From Candidatus Aldehydirespiratoraceae bacterium (GTDB lineage Bacteria; Actinomycetota; Acidimicrobiia; Acidimicrobiales; Aldehydirespiratoraceae), in NCBI GenBank assembly GCA_047639555.1, contig JBLIOE010000020.1, forward strand, positions 4,100 through 68,099: a DNA stretch of 64,000 nucleotides. The letters run 5' to 3'. The notes beneath the pieces were generated by a model. That model searched no databases, was not told where the DNA came from, and was given only the letters and a program-made list of their open reading frames with translations. Within the stretch, counting starts at the first letter, position 1; the number at the start of each line of letters is the position of its first letter. Made by a program: the position numbers and the translations under genes. Below, piece after piece: positions 1-9,300 of the stretch.

Positions 1-946
1 GGCCTACGGGTCTGACGCGATGACCCCGCTGGCGTATCTCGCGGCACACACGTCGCGGATCAAGCTGGCCACCGGCGTCGTCCAACTTGCCGCCCGGACG
101 CCGGCCAACACTGCGATGCAGGCGATGACCATCGATGCTCTCGCCGGCGGGAATCGCGTGATCATTGGCCTTGGTGTGTCGGGCCCGCAGATCGTGGAGG
201 GTTGGTACGGCCAACCGTGGGGTTCGCCGGTGAAGCGACTCCGTGACTATGTCGCCATCATGCGCAAGGTCCTCGAGCGCGAGGGGCCGGTGTCTCACGA
301 TGGAGCGGAGATTTCGCTGCCCTACAACGGACCGGGTTCGATTGGTCAGGGCAAAGCGCTGAAGTCGATCCTGCATCCTGTTGGCAAGGTAGAGATTTGG
401 ATCGCCGCCGGAGCGCCAATGAACACCGCACTCGCGGCGGAAGTTTGTGACGGCTGGCTGCCGATGGGTTATGGGTCCGACGGCTGGGAAGTCCACGGGC
501 CGAACCTCGAGAAGGGTTGGGATCGACGCGGTGGTCGGCCCGACGACTTCGACATCATGGGCAACATCACGATCGAGATCACCGACGACGTCCAGGCCGC
601 GATCGACGAGAAGAAGCCGCTCACCGGAATGTATGTCGGTGGCATGGGCAGCGAATCGAAGAACTTCCACAAGGAAGCGATGGCCCGCCGGGGTTTCCCC
701 GAAGCGGCCGAGCGAATCCAGGAACTGTGGCTTGCCGGGCGTAAGGACGAAGCGGTCGCGGCGGTGCCCGACGAGTACATCGACGCCGGTGCCCTCTTCG
801 GCTCCGCCGATCGGATCCGGGAGCGGTGGGACGAAGTGATTCCACCCAAGGTTACTGGTCTGATTGTTCGTACCGAGTCGGACGAAGGGCTGCGCGTCGC
901 CGCCGAGATGACCGGAAGCCAGGACACGATGAAGGAAGACCTGTGA
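1..946 (+). CDS. LLM-class (luciferase-like) flavin/F420-dependent oxidoreductase, 5' end cut by window edge
   Basis: The frame is open from base 2. The product ...LAYLAAHTSRIKLATGVVQLAARTP...IIGLGVSGPQIVEGWYGQPW... looks like luciferase-like monooxygenase fold proteins. The usual N-terminal ~60 aa are absent, so the true start lies upstream of the window. Stop TGA 944-946 overlaps the next ATG. Confidence 0.8.
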   Translation, partial: AYGSDAMTPLAYLAAHTSRIKLATGVVQLAARTPANTAMQAMTIDALAGGNRVIIGLGVSGPQIVEGWYGQPWGSPVKRLRDYVAIMRKVLEREGPVSHDGAEISLPYNGPGSIGQGKALKSILHPVGKVEIWIAAGAPMNTALAAEVCDGWLPMGYGSDGWEVHGPNLEKGWDRRGGRPDDFDIMGNITIEITDDVQAAIDEKKPLTGMYVGGMGSESKNFHKEAMARRGFPEAAERIQELWLAGRKDEAVAAVPDEYIDAGALFGSADRIRERWDEVIPPKVTGLIVRTESDEGLRVAAEMTGSQDTMKEDL

Positions 947-1734
947 TGTCTGACCCGTTGATCACCGTTGAGGAAGCGGCGCCCCACGTGCGTTACGTCA
1001 CGCTCAACCGGCCCGACAAGCGCAACGCAATCTCCACACCGATGCGGGCGCAACTGCTTGACACGTTGCATGCCCATGACAACAACGACGACGTGCGCGT
1101 ATCGATCGTCCGTGGCGCGGGCGTGTGTTTCTCGTCGGGCTACGACTTGAAGAGCCCGCTGATGGACGACACGCCGTACCCGTCGGCTCCGGGTGACGGC
1201 GCTTGGAGCCGCCAGGCCACCGACGGCTGGTTCCAAATCTGGGACCTCGCGAAACCCGTGATTGCCCAGGTGCATGGCTACGCCATGGCCGGAGCGACCG
1301 AACTGGCATCGGCCTGCGACCTTGTCTATGTCGCGGACGATGCGCAGATCTCCTATCCGGTCGTGCGGGTCGCGTCGCCACCCGATTGGCAGTACCACGA
1401 GCCCTTGATGGGACTTCGTCACGCGATGGAGGCGATGCTCACGGGCGACGCAATGGATGGAGTTGAAGCCGCCCGGGTTGGATGGGCCAACCGTTCGTAC
1501 GCAGCCGATTCGCTGGAGGCCGAAGTGCTGGCCGTTGCAACTCGGATCGCGGGCGTGGCCACCGACCTGTCGCAGATCCTCAAACGGATGGTGCACCGCC
1601 AGTTCGATGTGTCGGGAGGCCGAGCTGCGATGCGAGCGGGTCAAGAGTTCCAGGCCCTCGCCGGCCACCAAGCGTCGGTGGAGAGTTTCCGAGCCGATCC
1701 CTTGGCCGCCATGAAGAAGATCGTGTCGGAATGA
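946..1734 (+). CDS. enoyl-CoA hydratase/isomerase (crotonase) family protein
   Basis: Internal ATG at 946 overlaps the upstream stop (TGATG). Motifs: VTLNRPDKRNAIS, RGAGVCFSSGYDL, KPVIAQVHGYAMAGATELASACDL. Confidence 0.85.
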   Translation: MSDPLITVEEAAPHVRYVTLNRPDKRNAISTPMRAQLLDTLHAHDNNDDVRVSIVRGAGVCFSSGYDLKSPLMDDTPYPSAPGDGAWSRQATDGWFQIWDLAKPVIAQVHGYAMAGATELASACDLVYVADDAQISYPVVRVASPPDWQYHEPLMGLRHAMEAMLTGDAMDGVEAARVGWANRSYAADSLEAEVLAVATRIAGVATDLSQILKRMVHRQFDVSGGRAAMRAGQEFQALAGHQASVESFRADPLAAMKKIVSE

Positions 1735-2516
1735 CTCATCCGAAGATTGAGGTGAACATCGACGGCGACGTCGGTTCGATTCTCGTCAACAACCCAACGC
1801 GGCTGAACGCCATGACGGGCGCGATGTTCGATGCGCTTCACGGCGCCGCGATGACGATGCGCGAGGCAAGCCCTCGGGTTGTTGTCTTTCGCGGCGCCGG
1901 CGATCACTTCTGTTCCGGCGCCGACGTCAGTGGCGAAGGTGATGATGGAATCGAGGGCGTCGATCACCCGCTGCAAAACATGCGACGGATCGGCGATGCG
2001 GTCACCGCTCTGGCCGCTCTGCCCATGCCAACCATCGCCGCCGTCGACGGTGTGTGTGTCGGTGCGGGCTTCGGGTTCGCGCTCGCCGCCGACATGATGA
2101 TCTGCACCGATCGGGCTCGCTTCTCGTTGATCTTCGCCCGGCGGGCGCTGTCGCTCGACTTCGGCACGTCGTACCTGCTGCCGCAGCGCGTTGGCCTCCA
2201 TCGCGCCAAAGAGATGGCCTTCACCGCAGGGGAGTACGACGCTGCGGCCGCCGCCGAGATCGGTTTCGTGAACCAGGTGGTGCCGGCTGACGACCTCGAG
2301 TCGGCCACACAGGCACTTGTTGACAAGGTGGTCGCGGGTCCGCCGCTCGCGCTTTCGATGTCGAAGCGACTGTTGGAGGCGAGCGCCAATTCAACCCTCG
2401 CTCAGGCCGTCGAACAAGAGGCGCTGGCGCAGAACATCAACTTTCCGACCAACGATGTCCGCGAAGCGGCGGCTGCGTTCATTGAGAAACGGCCGACCCG
2501 CTTCACCGGTTCGTAG
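1731..2516 (+). CDS. enoyl-CoA hydratase/isomerase (crotonase) family protein
   Basis: ATG at 1731 overlaps the upstream stop (ATGA). Motifs: LVNNPTRLNAMT, FRGAGDHFCSGADV, PTIAAVDGVCVGAGFGFALAADM. Confidence 0.85.
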   Translation: MTHPKIEVNIDGDVGSILVNNPTRLNAMTGAMFDALHGAAMTMREASPRVVVFRGAGDHFCSGADVSGEGDDGIEGVDHPLQNMRRIGDAVTALAALPMPTIAAVDGVCVGAGFGFALAADMMICTDRARFSLIFARRALSLDFGTSYLLPQRVGLHRAKEMAFTAGEYDAAAAAEIGFVNQVVPADDLESATQALVDKVVAGPPLALSMSKRLLEASANSTLAQAVEQEALAQNINFPTNDVREAAAAFIEKRPTRFTGS

Positions 2517-2601
2517 AGCCGCTCGGGCCCAGGAAGGGCTCTTAGTGGTAGCGGTAGTAACGGAGCAGAAACGGCGGTGAGATTTCCTCCGGTGAGCGTG
2601 C

Positions 2602-2907
2602 TCACTTGATCTGGCCCCACTTGGAGCTGTTGTGCTCCTGAGCACAGTGGGGCCAAAACAGGTTGACATTCCCACTCCGGCAGAGACACTCACCCGACCA
2701 GCCGAAACAGGCCAACAGCACACGATGCAACAGGGCCAACGACACCCAGGCTGGGACATCGATCGTCCGCACGATCAGCGGGCTCACCCCACGGACTGCG
2801 ACACGTAAACGGACACCTATCCCAGTCCCGTCAACCTCCCACGGAACGTGACGCTCTCCGATCAGGAATGCTCGGACGATGAGAGTGCTCTGAGCGGGCT
2901 GGCTCAC
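2602..2907 (-). pseudogene. fragment of a pRiA4b ORF-3-like (IS1096 TnpR-like passenger) domain protein
   Basis: LRVAVRGVSPLIVRTIDVPAWVSLALLHRVLLACFGWSGE resembles the N-terminal signature of that domain (L.G..PPIWRR..VP...TL..LH..IQ.AMGW...HLH.F). The ORF stops ~30 aa later, so it looks truncated. Confidence 0.4.
2612..2655 (+). terminator. candidate stem-loop downstream of the crotonase pair
   Basis: 10-bp perfect inverted repeat TGGCCCCACT ... AGTGGGGCCA with an internal 7-bp sub-hairpin TGTGCTC/GAGCACA. It lies ~95 nt after the stop at 2516. No T-tract. Confidence 0.3.
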
Positions 2908-2954
2908 TGACCCAGCGAACGAGCTGGCGCCACGACGGGTTGGATATGCCCCTC

Positions 2955-3465
2955 TTACGGGTCTGGAGTGGCGAGAACAGCTTTGGTGACGAAGTCAGCG
3001 ATGCGTTCGGCGCTCCATCCGCGTCGTTGGAGGTCCGGCACTTCGCGTGGGTCGCTGGTGAGATTCCACATGAACAGCATCATCGTGGTGTTACCACCGA
3101 GTCGGACGAGCAACGGTTCGATCGGGGAGCATCCGAACGTGATCGCGGGTTCGCCCTCGTCGCGCCGCCGAAGGAATCCTTCTGACGACCGCAGGTTTAC
3201 GGCGAGTTCGCCGTGCTCGGCGCACGCTCGCACCCACGCCAGGTTCCAGCGCCCGAACGCCTTGATCGGGTCGCCGGCGGCACCGCCCGACGATGCAAAG
3301 AGTTCGACTGCGCGGATCGGCAGCTGCAGCACGATCGCCTGGATTGCATCGCTCACGGAGGCGAAGTGTCGGTACGCCGTCGCCGTCGACACTCCGGCGA
3401 GCTGTCCTCATCGGCTGGCACGACACGCTGGCTAACCTCTCATCGACATAAGACTGCATTCTCAT
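2955..3465 (-). pseudogene. TetR/AcrR-family regulator, apparently frameshifted inside the HTH
   Basis: ORF 2955..3392 begins at GTG inside the recognition helix (..AGVSTATAYRHF). In that frame a TGA lies 5 codons upstream. The preceding helix (MRMQSYVDERLASVS...) is readable only in the frame of ORF 3091..3465, so a frame change near 3395-3410 is implied. Confidence 0.5.
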
Positions 3466-3490
3466 CTACGGCCGCTCCGGCCGTAGCGTC

Positions 3491-4708
3491 TTGGCCGAAC
3501 GGAAGATCCGCATGATCGAAGCCCAACCGCACTCGTCGCCCACACCACGCGTGGCCGCTTTTGACCAATGGATCCGAGGTCGCTTCGTCGACCTCAACAC
3601 CGCGCTCGAAGATCTCTACGCCACGCAAGAGAACCGCTCCCAGGTGGCGGGGGTCGGCGACAGACTAAAGTCGCAGTTGCTCGGCGAGGGTCGGGATCTG
3701 ATCGTCCCGCTTGTCGAGGAGGGAAACACCGACGAGGGCTTCGACCGGGCGTTCGAGCTGCTCGGCAACGTCGGCTACTACATGGCTGCATGTCGACGCC
3801 ACGAGATCACTGAGCCCTCGCGCGAGCGGACATCACCGCTCGTGGAGGCGTCGACGCTCGCGCTCCACCTCGGCGCGTCGCTGGGCACGGTACCGCGCTT
3901 CGTCACCAGCCATATGGAGACGTACAACCGGGCGGTCAATGGCGTGTATCGCACGTTCACTCACGCTCCCGCCGAGAAACTGTTCCTCGATCACAACACT
4001 CGCGGCGCCTTCGCCTATATGCGTGCCGCCGACGCGCTGGGCCGTATCCACCCGATGGGAGTGTCTCACCCGGCCGCGCTCGACCTGCTCACCCATGCCC
4101 GCAACGCGCTAGAAGATGCGTACGAGATGAACGTCGAACTTGGTCGCAAGCTCGACGTCGACGACTTCTTTTTCCGCGTGCGGCCCTACTACAAGCCGCA
4201 CCGTGTCGGCTCGGTGGAGTACCGGGGTGCCAATGCGGGTGACTTCGCGGCGTTCAGCCAAATCGATATGCTCCTCGGATTGTGCAGCCCGACCGACCCG
4301 GCCTATAGCCAGGTTGTACTGGAGAAGTTCCCCTACCTCACCCCCGACGAGCAACGGCGTCTTCACGAATCGTTCCGCCACCCAAACGTGCTCGATGCAC
4401 TCCTCGCGCAGGCCGACCACGCCGCCGAGGCCTGGTTCCGTGAACACTCCGCTGCGTTCCTCGCCGTCTGTCGAGCGCATGGTCGCGCCGCAGCTCAGCA
4501 CCACGACGATCTCGTAATGAGCTTCATCAAGCGACCCGCCGAGCGGATCCCGCCCGAGCATCTCTCTGGTATCACGGCGAGCGGACCACCACTCGACGTG
4601 CTGCTCCGCGCCCTAGAAGGCCTGCGCGATCGGCGTCTCGCCGCGGACCGTGACGACATCCCCACCCGTCACGCGGACCTCGCCGCGCTGCGCGAGCTGA
4701 TCTCGTGA
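3491..4708 (+). CDS. PrnB-like (DUF1864 / IDO-TDO superfamily) putative heme enzyme
   Basis: FFFRVRPYYKPHRVGSVEYRGANAGDFAAFSQIDMLLG resembles, from memory, the PrnB core (ELRPFYEPIRVGG..Y.GPGA....F). A His pair (AAQHHDDL) sits near the C-terminus where PrnB has its proximal His. The longest ORF starts at TTG 3491, but ATG 3512 with GGAAG 6 nt upstream is more likely. Confidence 0.5.
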   Translation: MAERKIRMIEAQPHSSPTPRVAAFDQWIRGRFVDLNTALEDLYATQENRSQVAGVGDRLKSQLLGEGRDLIVPLVEEGNTDEGFDRAFELLGNVGYYMAACRRHEITEPSRERTSPLVEASTLALHLGASLGTVPRFVTSHMETYNRAVNGVYRTFTHAPAEKLFLDHNTRGAFAYMRAADALGRIHPMGVSHPAALDLLTHARNALEDAYEMNVELGRKLDVDDFFFRVRPYYKPHRVGSVEYRGANAGDFAAFSQIDMLLGLCSPTDPAYSQVVLEKFPYLTPDEQRRLHESFRHPNVLDALLAQADHAAEAWFREHSAAFLAVCRAHGRAAAQHHDDLVMSFIKRPAERIPPEHLSGITASGPPLDVLLRALEGLRDRRLAADRDDIPTRHADLAALRELIS

Positions 4709-5793
4709 CCGGCCCCTTCGTCGACCACCGCGGCGCTTACTTTCTTAGCCACTCAATCGGACTCCCCGTGCACGGATCGCGCGATGTCGTCGCCGGGTAC
4801 TTCGACACCTGGGAGAATCACACGGCGGACGCTTGGCCACGTTGGCTCGACGGCATCGAAGGATTCCGTACCGCCCTCGCCGAGCTGTTGTCGACCCGTG
4901 CCGCGTTGATCTGCCCGCAGAGCAACGTGTCGAGCGGGTTGGCGAAACTCCTCGACTCGCTGCATCACGGGTTTGACGCCCCGACGGTGTTGATCAGTGA
5001 CGATGCGTTTCCGTCGCTCGGTTTCGTCTGCACACGGTCGGGTTACGACGTGCGGTTCATCCCGCGTGAAGCCGACGTCTCCGATCCGGCCGTATGGCGC
5101 GAACATCTCGAAGGTGTCGACGTGGCCGTAGTCACCCACGTGCACTCCAACACCGGCATTTGCGTACCCGTCCCCGACATCACCGCGGAGGTTCGCGCCA
5201 GCGGAGCGATCACGGTGGTCGACGTCGCGCAGTCGGCCGGCATCATTCCGATTGACCTCGGCGTGTGGAAGGTCGATGCCGTCGTCGGATCCTGCGTCAA
5301 ATGGTTGAGCGGTGGGCCTGGCGCCGGGTGGTTGTGGGTGGCCGATACCGTGATCGACCGGTGCCGACCGAGTGACGTCGGTTGGTTCTCCCACGAGCAG
5401 CCGTTCGAGTTCGACATCCACGACTACCGCGACGCATCTGACGCGCTCCGATTCTGGGGCGGAAGCCCGACGGTCCTGCCGTTCCTCATCGCAGCGCACT
5501 CAATCAGAGCAATAGACCAACTCGGCCTCCACACGATCCGCGCACACAACCTCGCCCTCACCGACCACCTGATCGACCGGCTCGGCGAACTTGTCTTCAG
5601 CCCGCACGACCGAGATCGACGCAGCGGAACAGCCATCGTGCACGCCGACGAGGGCGTCGTCGAGCGCCTCGCTGAGCAGAACATCGGCGTCGACCATCGC
5701 ATCGGTGGAATCCGCGTCTCGCCACACGTCCACACCACGATGGACGACCTCGATCACCTTGCCCGACTGGTCAGCGACCACCCACGGAGCTGA
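4705..5793 (+). CDS. kynureninase-like PLP-dependent enzyme (aminotransferase class V fold)
   Basis: GSCVKWLSGGPGAGWLWV (PLP-Lys region), DVGWFSHEQPFEFD...ALRFWGGSPTV and GIRVSPHVHTT are collinear with kynureninase motifs (CTYKYLNGGPG..FVWV, SGWFGH..F.M, R...GTP). The GTG start overlaps the upstream stop (GTGA). Confidence 0.7.
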   Translation: MTGPFVDHRGAYFLSHSIGLPVHGSRDVVAGYFDTWENHTADAWPRWLDGIEGFRTALAELLSTRAALICPQSNVSSGLAKLLDSLHHGFDAPTVLISDDAFPSLGFVCTRSGYDVRFIPREADVSDPAVWREHLEGVDVAVVTHVHSNTGICVPVPDITAEVRASGAITVVDVAQSAGIIPIDLGVWKVDAVVGSCVKWLSGGPGAGWLWVADTVIDRCRPSDVGWFSHEQPFEFDIHDYRDASDALRFWGGSPTVLPFLIAAHSIRAIDQLGLHTIRAHNLALTDHLIDRLGELVFSPHDRDRRSGTAIVHADEGVVERLAEQNIGVDHRIGGIRVSPHVHTTMDDLDHLARLVSDHPRS

Positions 5794-5929
5794 GCATCGG
5801 CGCAGGCTCGCCCGCTGAGCTGGATACGCCTCAAGAACATCTCCAAGTCCTACGAACAGGCTGGGGTCTGGTCTCAAATCGACGAAACGTATCGGTCGAG
5901 TTCGACGTTGAGTGGGCGGAGGTTCCCGT

Positions 5930-6064
5930 TACTCCCGCTACCCGCCGTGTGACATTGTACAGTATTTCATGCTTTTTCTTGCTTTTCTGTGCGCTCCGTG
6001 TCAGAGTCAAACAACAGGAAATGCACTCACAAATAGTGGTATGCATTGAACAGAGGAGCACACG
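5930..6064 (+). promoter_or_regulatory. AT-rich upstream region of the WXG100 gene with RBS
   Basis: GC content drops locally (gacattgtacagtatttcatgctttttcttgcttttctg...). Inverted repeat AATGCA-N16-TGCATT lies just upstream of GGAG at 6054-6057, which is 7 nt before ATG 6065. Confidence 0.35.
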
Positions 6065-6340
6065 ATGTCCAACGACATGCTGGTCATGAGCAAGTCTCAG
6101 ATGGAGCAACTGGCCGTCACGTTCGGCACCCAGGCCGAAGCGGTCCAGCAGGTGATCAAGGCGATTCAGGGTGGTCTCGACGGCACGACCTGGCAGGGGA
6201 ACCGCTCGAACCGGTTCCGCGAGGCCTGGGCCTCCGAGTTTCGCCCGAACCTGATGAGCCTCGTCGATGCACTCGGCGAACACTCCGCCTTCATCGGGCG
6301 TGAACTACAGGCCGGCGTTTCGGCTCTCGACACGGTCTGA
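6065..6340 (+). CDS. WXG100-family (ESAT-6-like) type VII secretion substrate
   Basis: 91 aa with a predicted helix-turn-helix layout and a central W-Q-G (..GLDGTTWQGNRSNRF..). It has a good RBS and sits immediately upstream of the FtsK/SpoIIIE ATPase gene. Confidence 0.8.
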   Translation: MSNDMLVMSKSQMEQLAVTFGTQAEAVQQVIKAIQGGLDGTTWQGNRSNRFREAWASEFRPNLMSLVDALGEHSAFIGRELQAGVSALDTV

Positions 6341-6362
6341 CAACGCGAAAGCGGTCGGGGCC

Positions 6363-9300
6363 ATGCGCATCGTCCACCGCAGTGAACGAGGGGAGCGGAT
6401 CGTTGAGATCGATATCGACGATCCAACTCGCCCGATTGCTGCGCTTTGTGCCGCTCTGGGGCTCGCGGCAGAGTCCGGGGAGCGCATTGGTCTGGCGATC
6501 GACGGCCGATCGTTCGACCCCACCACGCCGCTCGCGGCAACGAACGTGTGTGAAGGGTCAGTCGTCGACTCCACTCCCACATCCACCCTCATCACCCCCA
6601 CATCCATCACCATCCAGAACCCGACCCCCTCCGCCCGGGCGCTCGCCATTGTTGGCGGCGTCCGGGCTGGAGGGTCGGTTCCGGTTGAGGGAGGCCTGTG
6701 TGTGGGCCGGTCGGTGGCGACCGACGTGTCACTTGATGATGCCGCCCTCTCGCCGCGACACTTCAGTGTCACGGCGGGCGGCGCATCGCTCATCGATCAC
6801 GGCACGCGCAATGGCACGTCGATCGAAGGGCATCCCGTCGCGGCACCGGCGGCGCTGGCCGCCGATCAAATGATCCGGGCGGGAACCACCCGACTGATGG
6901 TGCGAGATATCGAGGGCGACACTCCAGTGGCGGTGGCATCGGGTCTAGGCGCCCGTGGCGGGTCGATCCCGTTCAACCGCCCGCCCCGCTGCGAACCGCC
7001 AACCGAGATGGCCCCGTTGCGGGCCCCCGGCCTGCGGCCCGAAGCTCCGGTCATAGAGCCGATCTCCGTGGCGGGCATCGTTCTGCCGATTCTTGCCGGT
7101 GGTGTTATGGCGTTGGTCTTCTCGCCGTTCATGGCGATCTTTGCGGCGCTCGGGCCAGTACTCACGATCGGCACATGGCTTGAGCGGCGGCGTCGAGCTC
7201 GCCGAGAGTTCCGAACCGCAGAGCGAGTCTTCCTGGCGGAAATGGATGACCTACGTGACGTACTACCCAGCGCCCGTCGGGCCGAGGTCTGGCGCCGGCG
7301 CACGCTTCATCCCGATCCCGCGGAGGTGGTGCGCCGAGCGGCCGGTCCGTCGGTGCGGGTGTGGGAGCGACGCCCCGGCCACGCCGACAGTTTCTTGGTC
7401 GCGATCGGTGCCGCGGATGAGCCGTTCCGACCTCCGCTTCGCGCCAACCAGTCGGCCGACGTGGCCGTGGAAGTCGGTCGCGTTCTTGCGGGCCTGCCGC
7501 TGCTTCCCGATGTGCCTGTTCCGCTCGATCTTGGGCCCGGCAAGACGGTCGGTCTGGTCGGCGACCGTGGCGCCTGTCTTGCCATCGCTCGTTCGCTTGT
7601 CGTTCAGATGGCCACGCACCACGGTCCGGCCGACCTTGCCGTTGCGGTCGGTGCCGACGAACCTCGCCGGTGGCGTTGGTGTGAGTGGCTCCCTCACGCC
7701 GCCGATCACGCCAGCGGACTTCGCGGTGTCACCGTGGTTACGACCGACGACTCTCGTGCGGCTGAATCGATCCGGGCGATGCAGGGCGAGCGTCTTCTGC
7801 TCGCCGTGCTCGACGGAGACGACCCGTTCCAGGGGCGAACCACCGTCGGGCGGATTCTGGCCGCCGCCGATCGCGTGGCCACGATTGTGTTGGTTGCCGA
7901 CGAGCATCGTCTCCCGGCAACGTGCGACATGGTGGTTCGGGCGGACGAGTTTGGTCGGGTCACTTTGATCGACCCGCGTCAGGCATCACCCGGGCGCTCC
8001 GCGTTGGGGTGGGGTGTCAGCCTGGCCACGGCCCAATACGCGGCCCGTCGGCTGGCCCGCCTCGACGATCCCGAACTGCCGGTGGCCGGTGCTGGTGTGC
8101 CGTCGGCTGCGCCGCTTCTGTCACTGCTCGACATCCAGGGCGATGATGCCGCCGAGGTTGAGGCTCGCTGGCGGGCGACCGACGGCACGGCCGACCTGGC
8201 AAGTCCGATTGGTCTCGACGCCGACGGCGTCGTCTCCCTCGATCTTGTGCGAGAAGGACCCCACGTGCTGGTGGGCGGCACGACCGGATCGGGCAAATCC
8301 GAGCTCCTCCGCTCGCTCGTGGCCGGGCTGGCCGCCAGCGCGGATCCCGATCATGTCGCAATGGTGCTTGTTGACTACAAGGGTGGCGCCGCGTTCGACT
8401 GTTGCGCGGATCTGCCCCACGTCGCTGGTCTCGTAACCGACCTCGACGAGACCCTCGCAGCGCGGGCGCTCCGGTGCCTCGAGGCAGAGCTTCATCACCG
8501 GGAGCTGCGGCTTCGAGAACTTGGGGCCGAGGATCTGCCCGCGTTCCGTCGGTTGGCGGCTGGGCGTGACGACATCGATCCGCTCCCTCGGCTGATCGTT
8601 GTTGTCGACGAGTTCGCGTCGCTGGCCAGCGATCTGCCGGAGTTTCTCAATGCGTTGGTCGGCATTGCGCAGCGAGGCCGAAGTCTCGGTGTCCACATGA
8701 TTCTCGCCACGCAACGTCCCGCCGGTGTCGTGACCGACGACATTCGGGCCAACACGTCGTGCCGCATCGCTCTTCGAGTCACCGATCGGGGCGACTCGTC
8801 CGACGTCATCGATTCACCCGATGCGGCGGCGATCCCGCGTCATCGACCGGGCCGGGCGATCGCCCGCTTCGGACCGGGCGAGCTCGTGCCGTTCCAATCG
8901 GCGCTCGCCACCGGCTGCTCCGATGGCCGCGCTGGCGTGTCTCTTGTATTGCCGAGGGCAACGAAGCCCAACGTCGCACGCGACACCGATCTGCAACGGT
9001 TGGTTCGGTCGATCGGTGACGCCCATCGGGCCCGGGGCGGAGGGCTTCCGCGTTCTCCGTGGCCGCCCGCCCTTCCGACGGTTGCGACGCAAGCTGCTCA
9101 CGATGCTGCAGCCGGCGAGTGGCTCCTCGTGGATGAACCTGATCGGCAACAGCAACGCACCGACGGTTGGCTCCCGGCCGACGGCCATCTTTGTGTTGTT
9201 GGCGGACCGGGAAGTGGCACGACCACCACGCTTGCCACCGCGGCGCTCGCGGCCTCCGCTGTCGATCAGGACCGCCATCTCCATGTGATCGATCTCGACG

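Noticed and set aside
469-1671. 400-aa minus-strand ORF spanning the LLM and crotonase genes
   Set aside because: It is antisense to two genes with clear family motifs. Its product is Arg/Gly/Pro/Ser-rich with no recognisable domain, which is typical of spurious long ORFs in high-GC DNA.
5831-6283. 150-aa minus-strand ORF overlapping the WXG100 gene and its upstream region
   Set aside because: It is antisense to a well-supported WXG100 gene with an RBS. It runs through the AT-rich promoter region and has no motifs.
6570-6640. Repetitive-looking CCAC/ATCC-rich DNA
   Set aside because: It encodes a Thr/Pro/Ser/Ile linker (TPTSTLITPTSITIQNPTPS) between domains of the ATPase. It is not a tandem repeat array or CRISPR.
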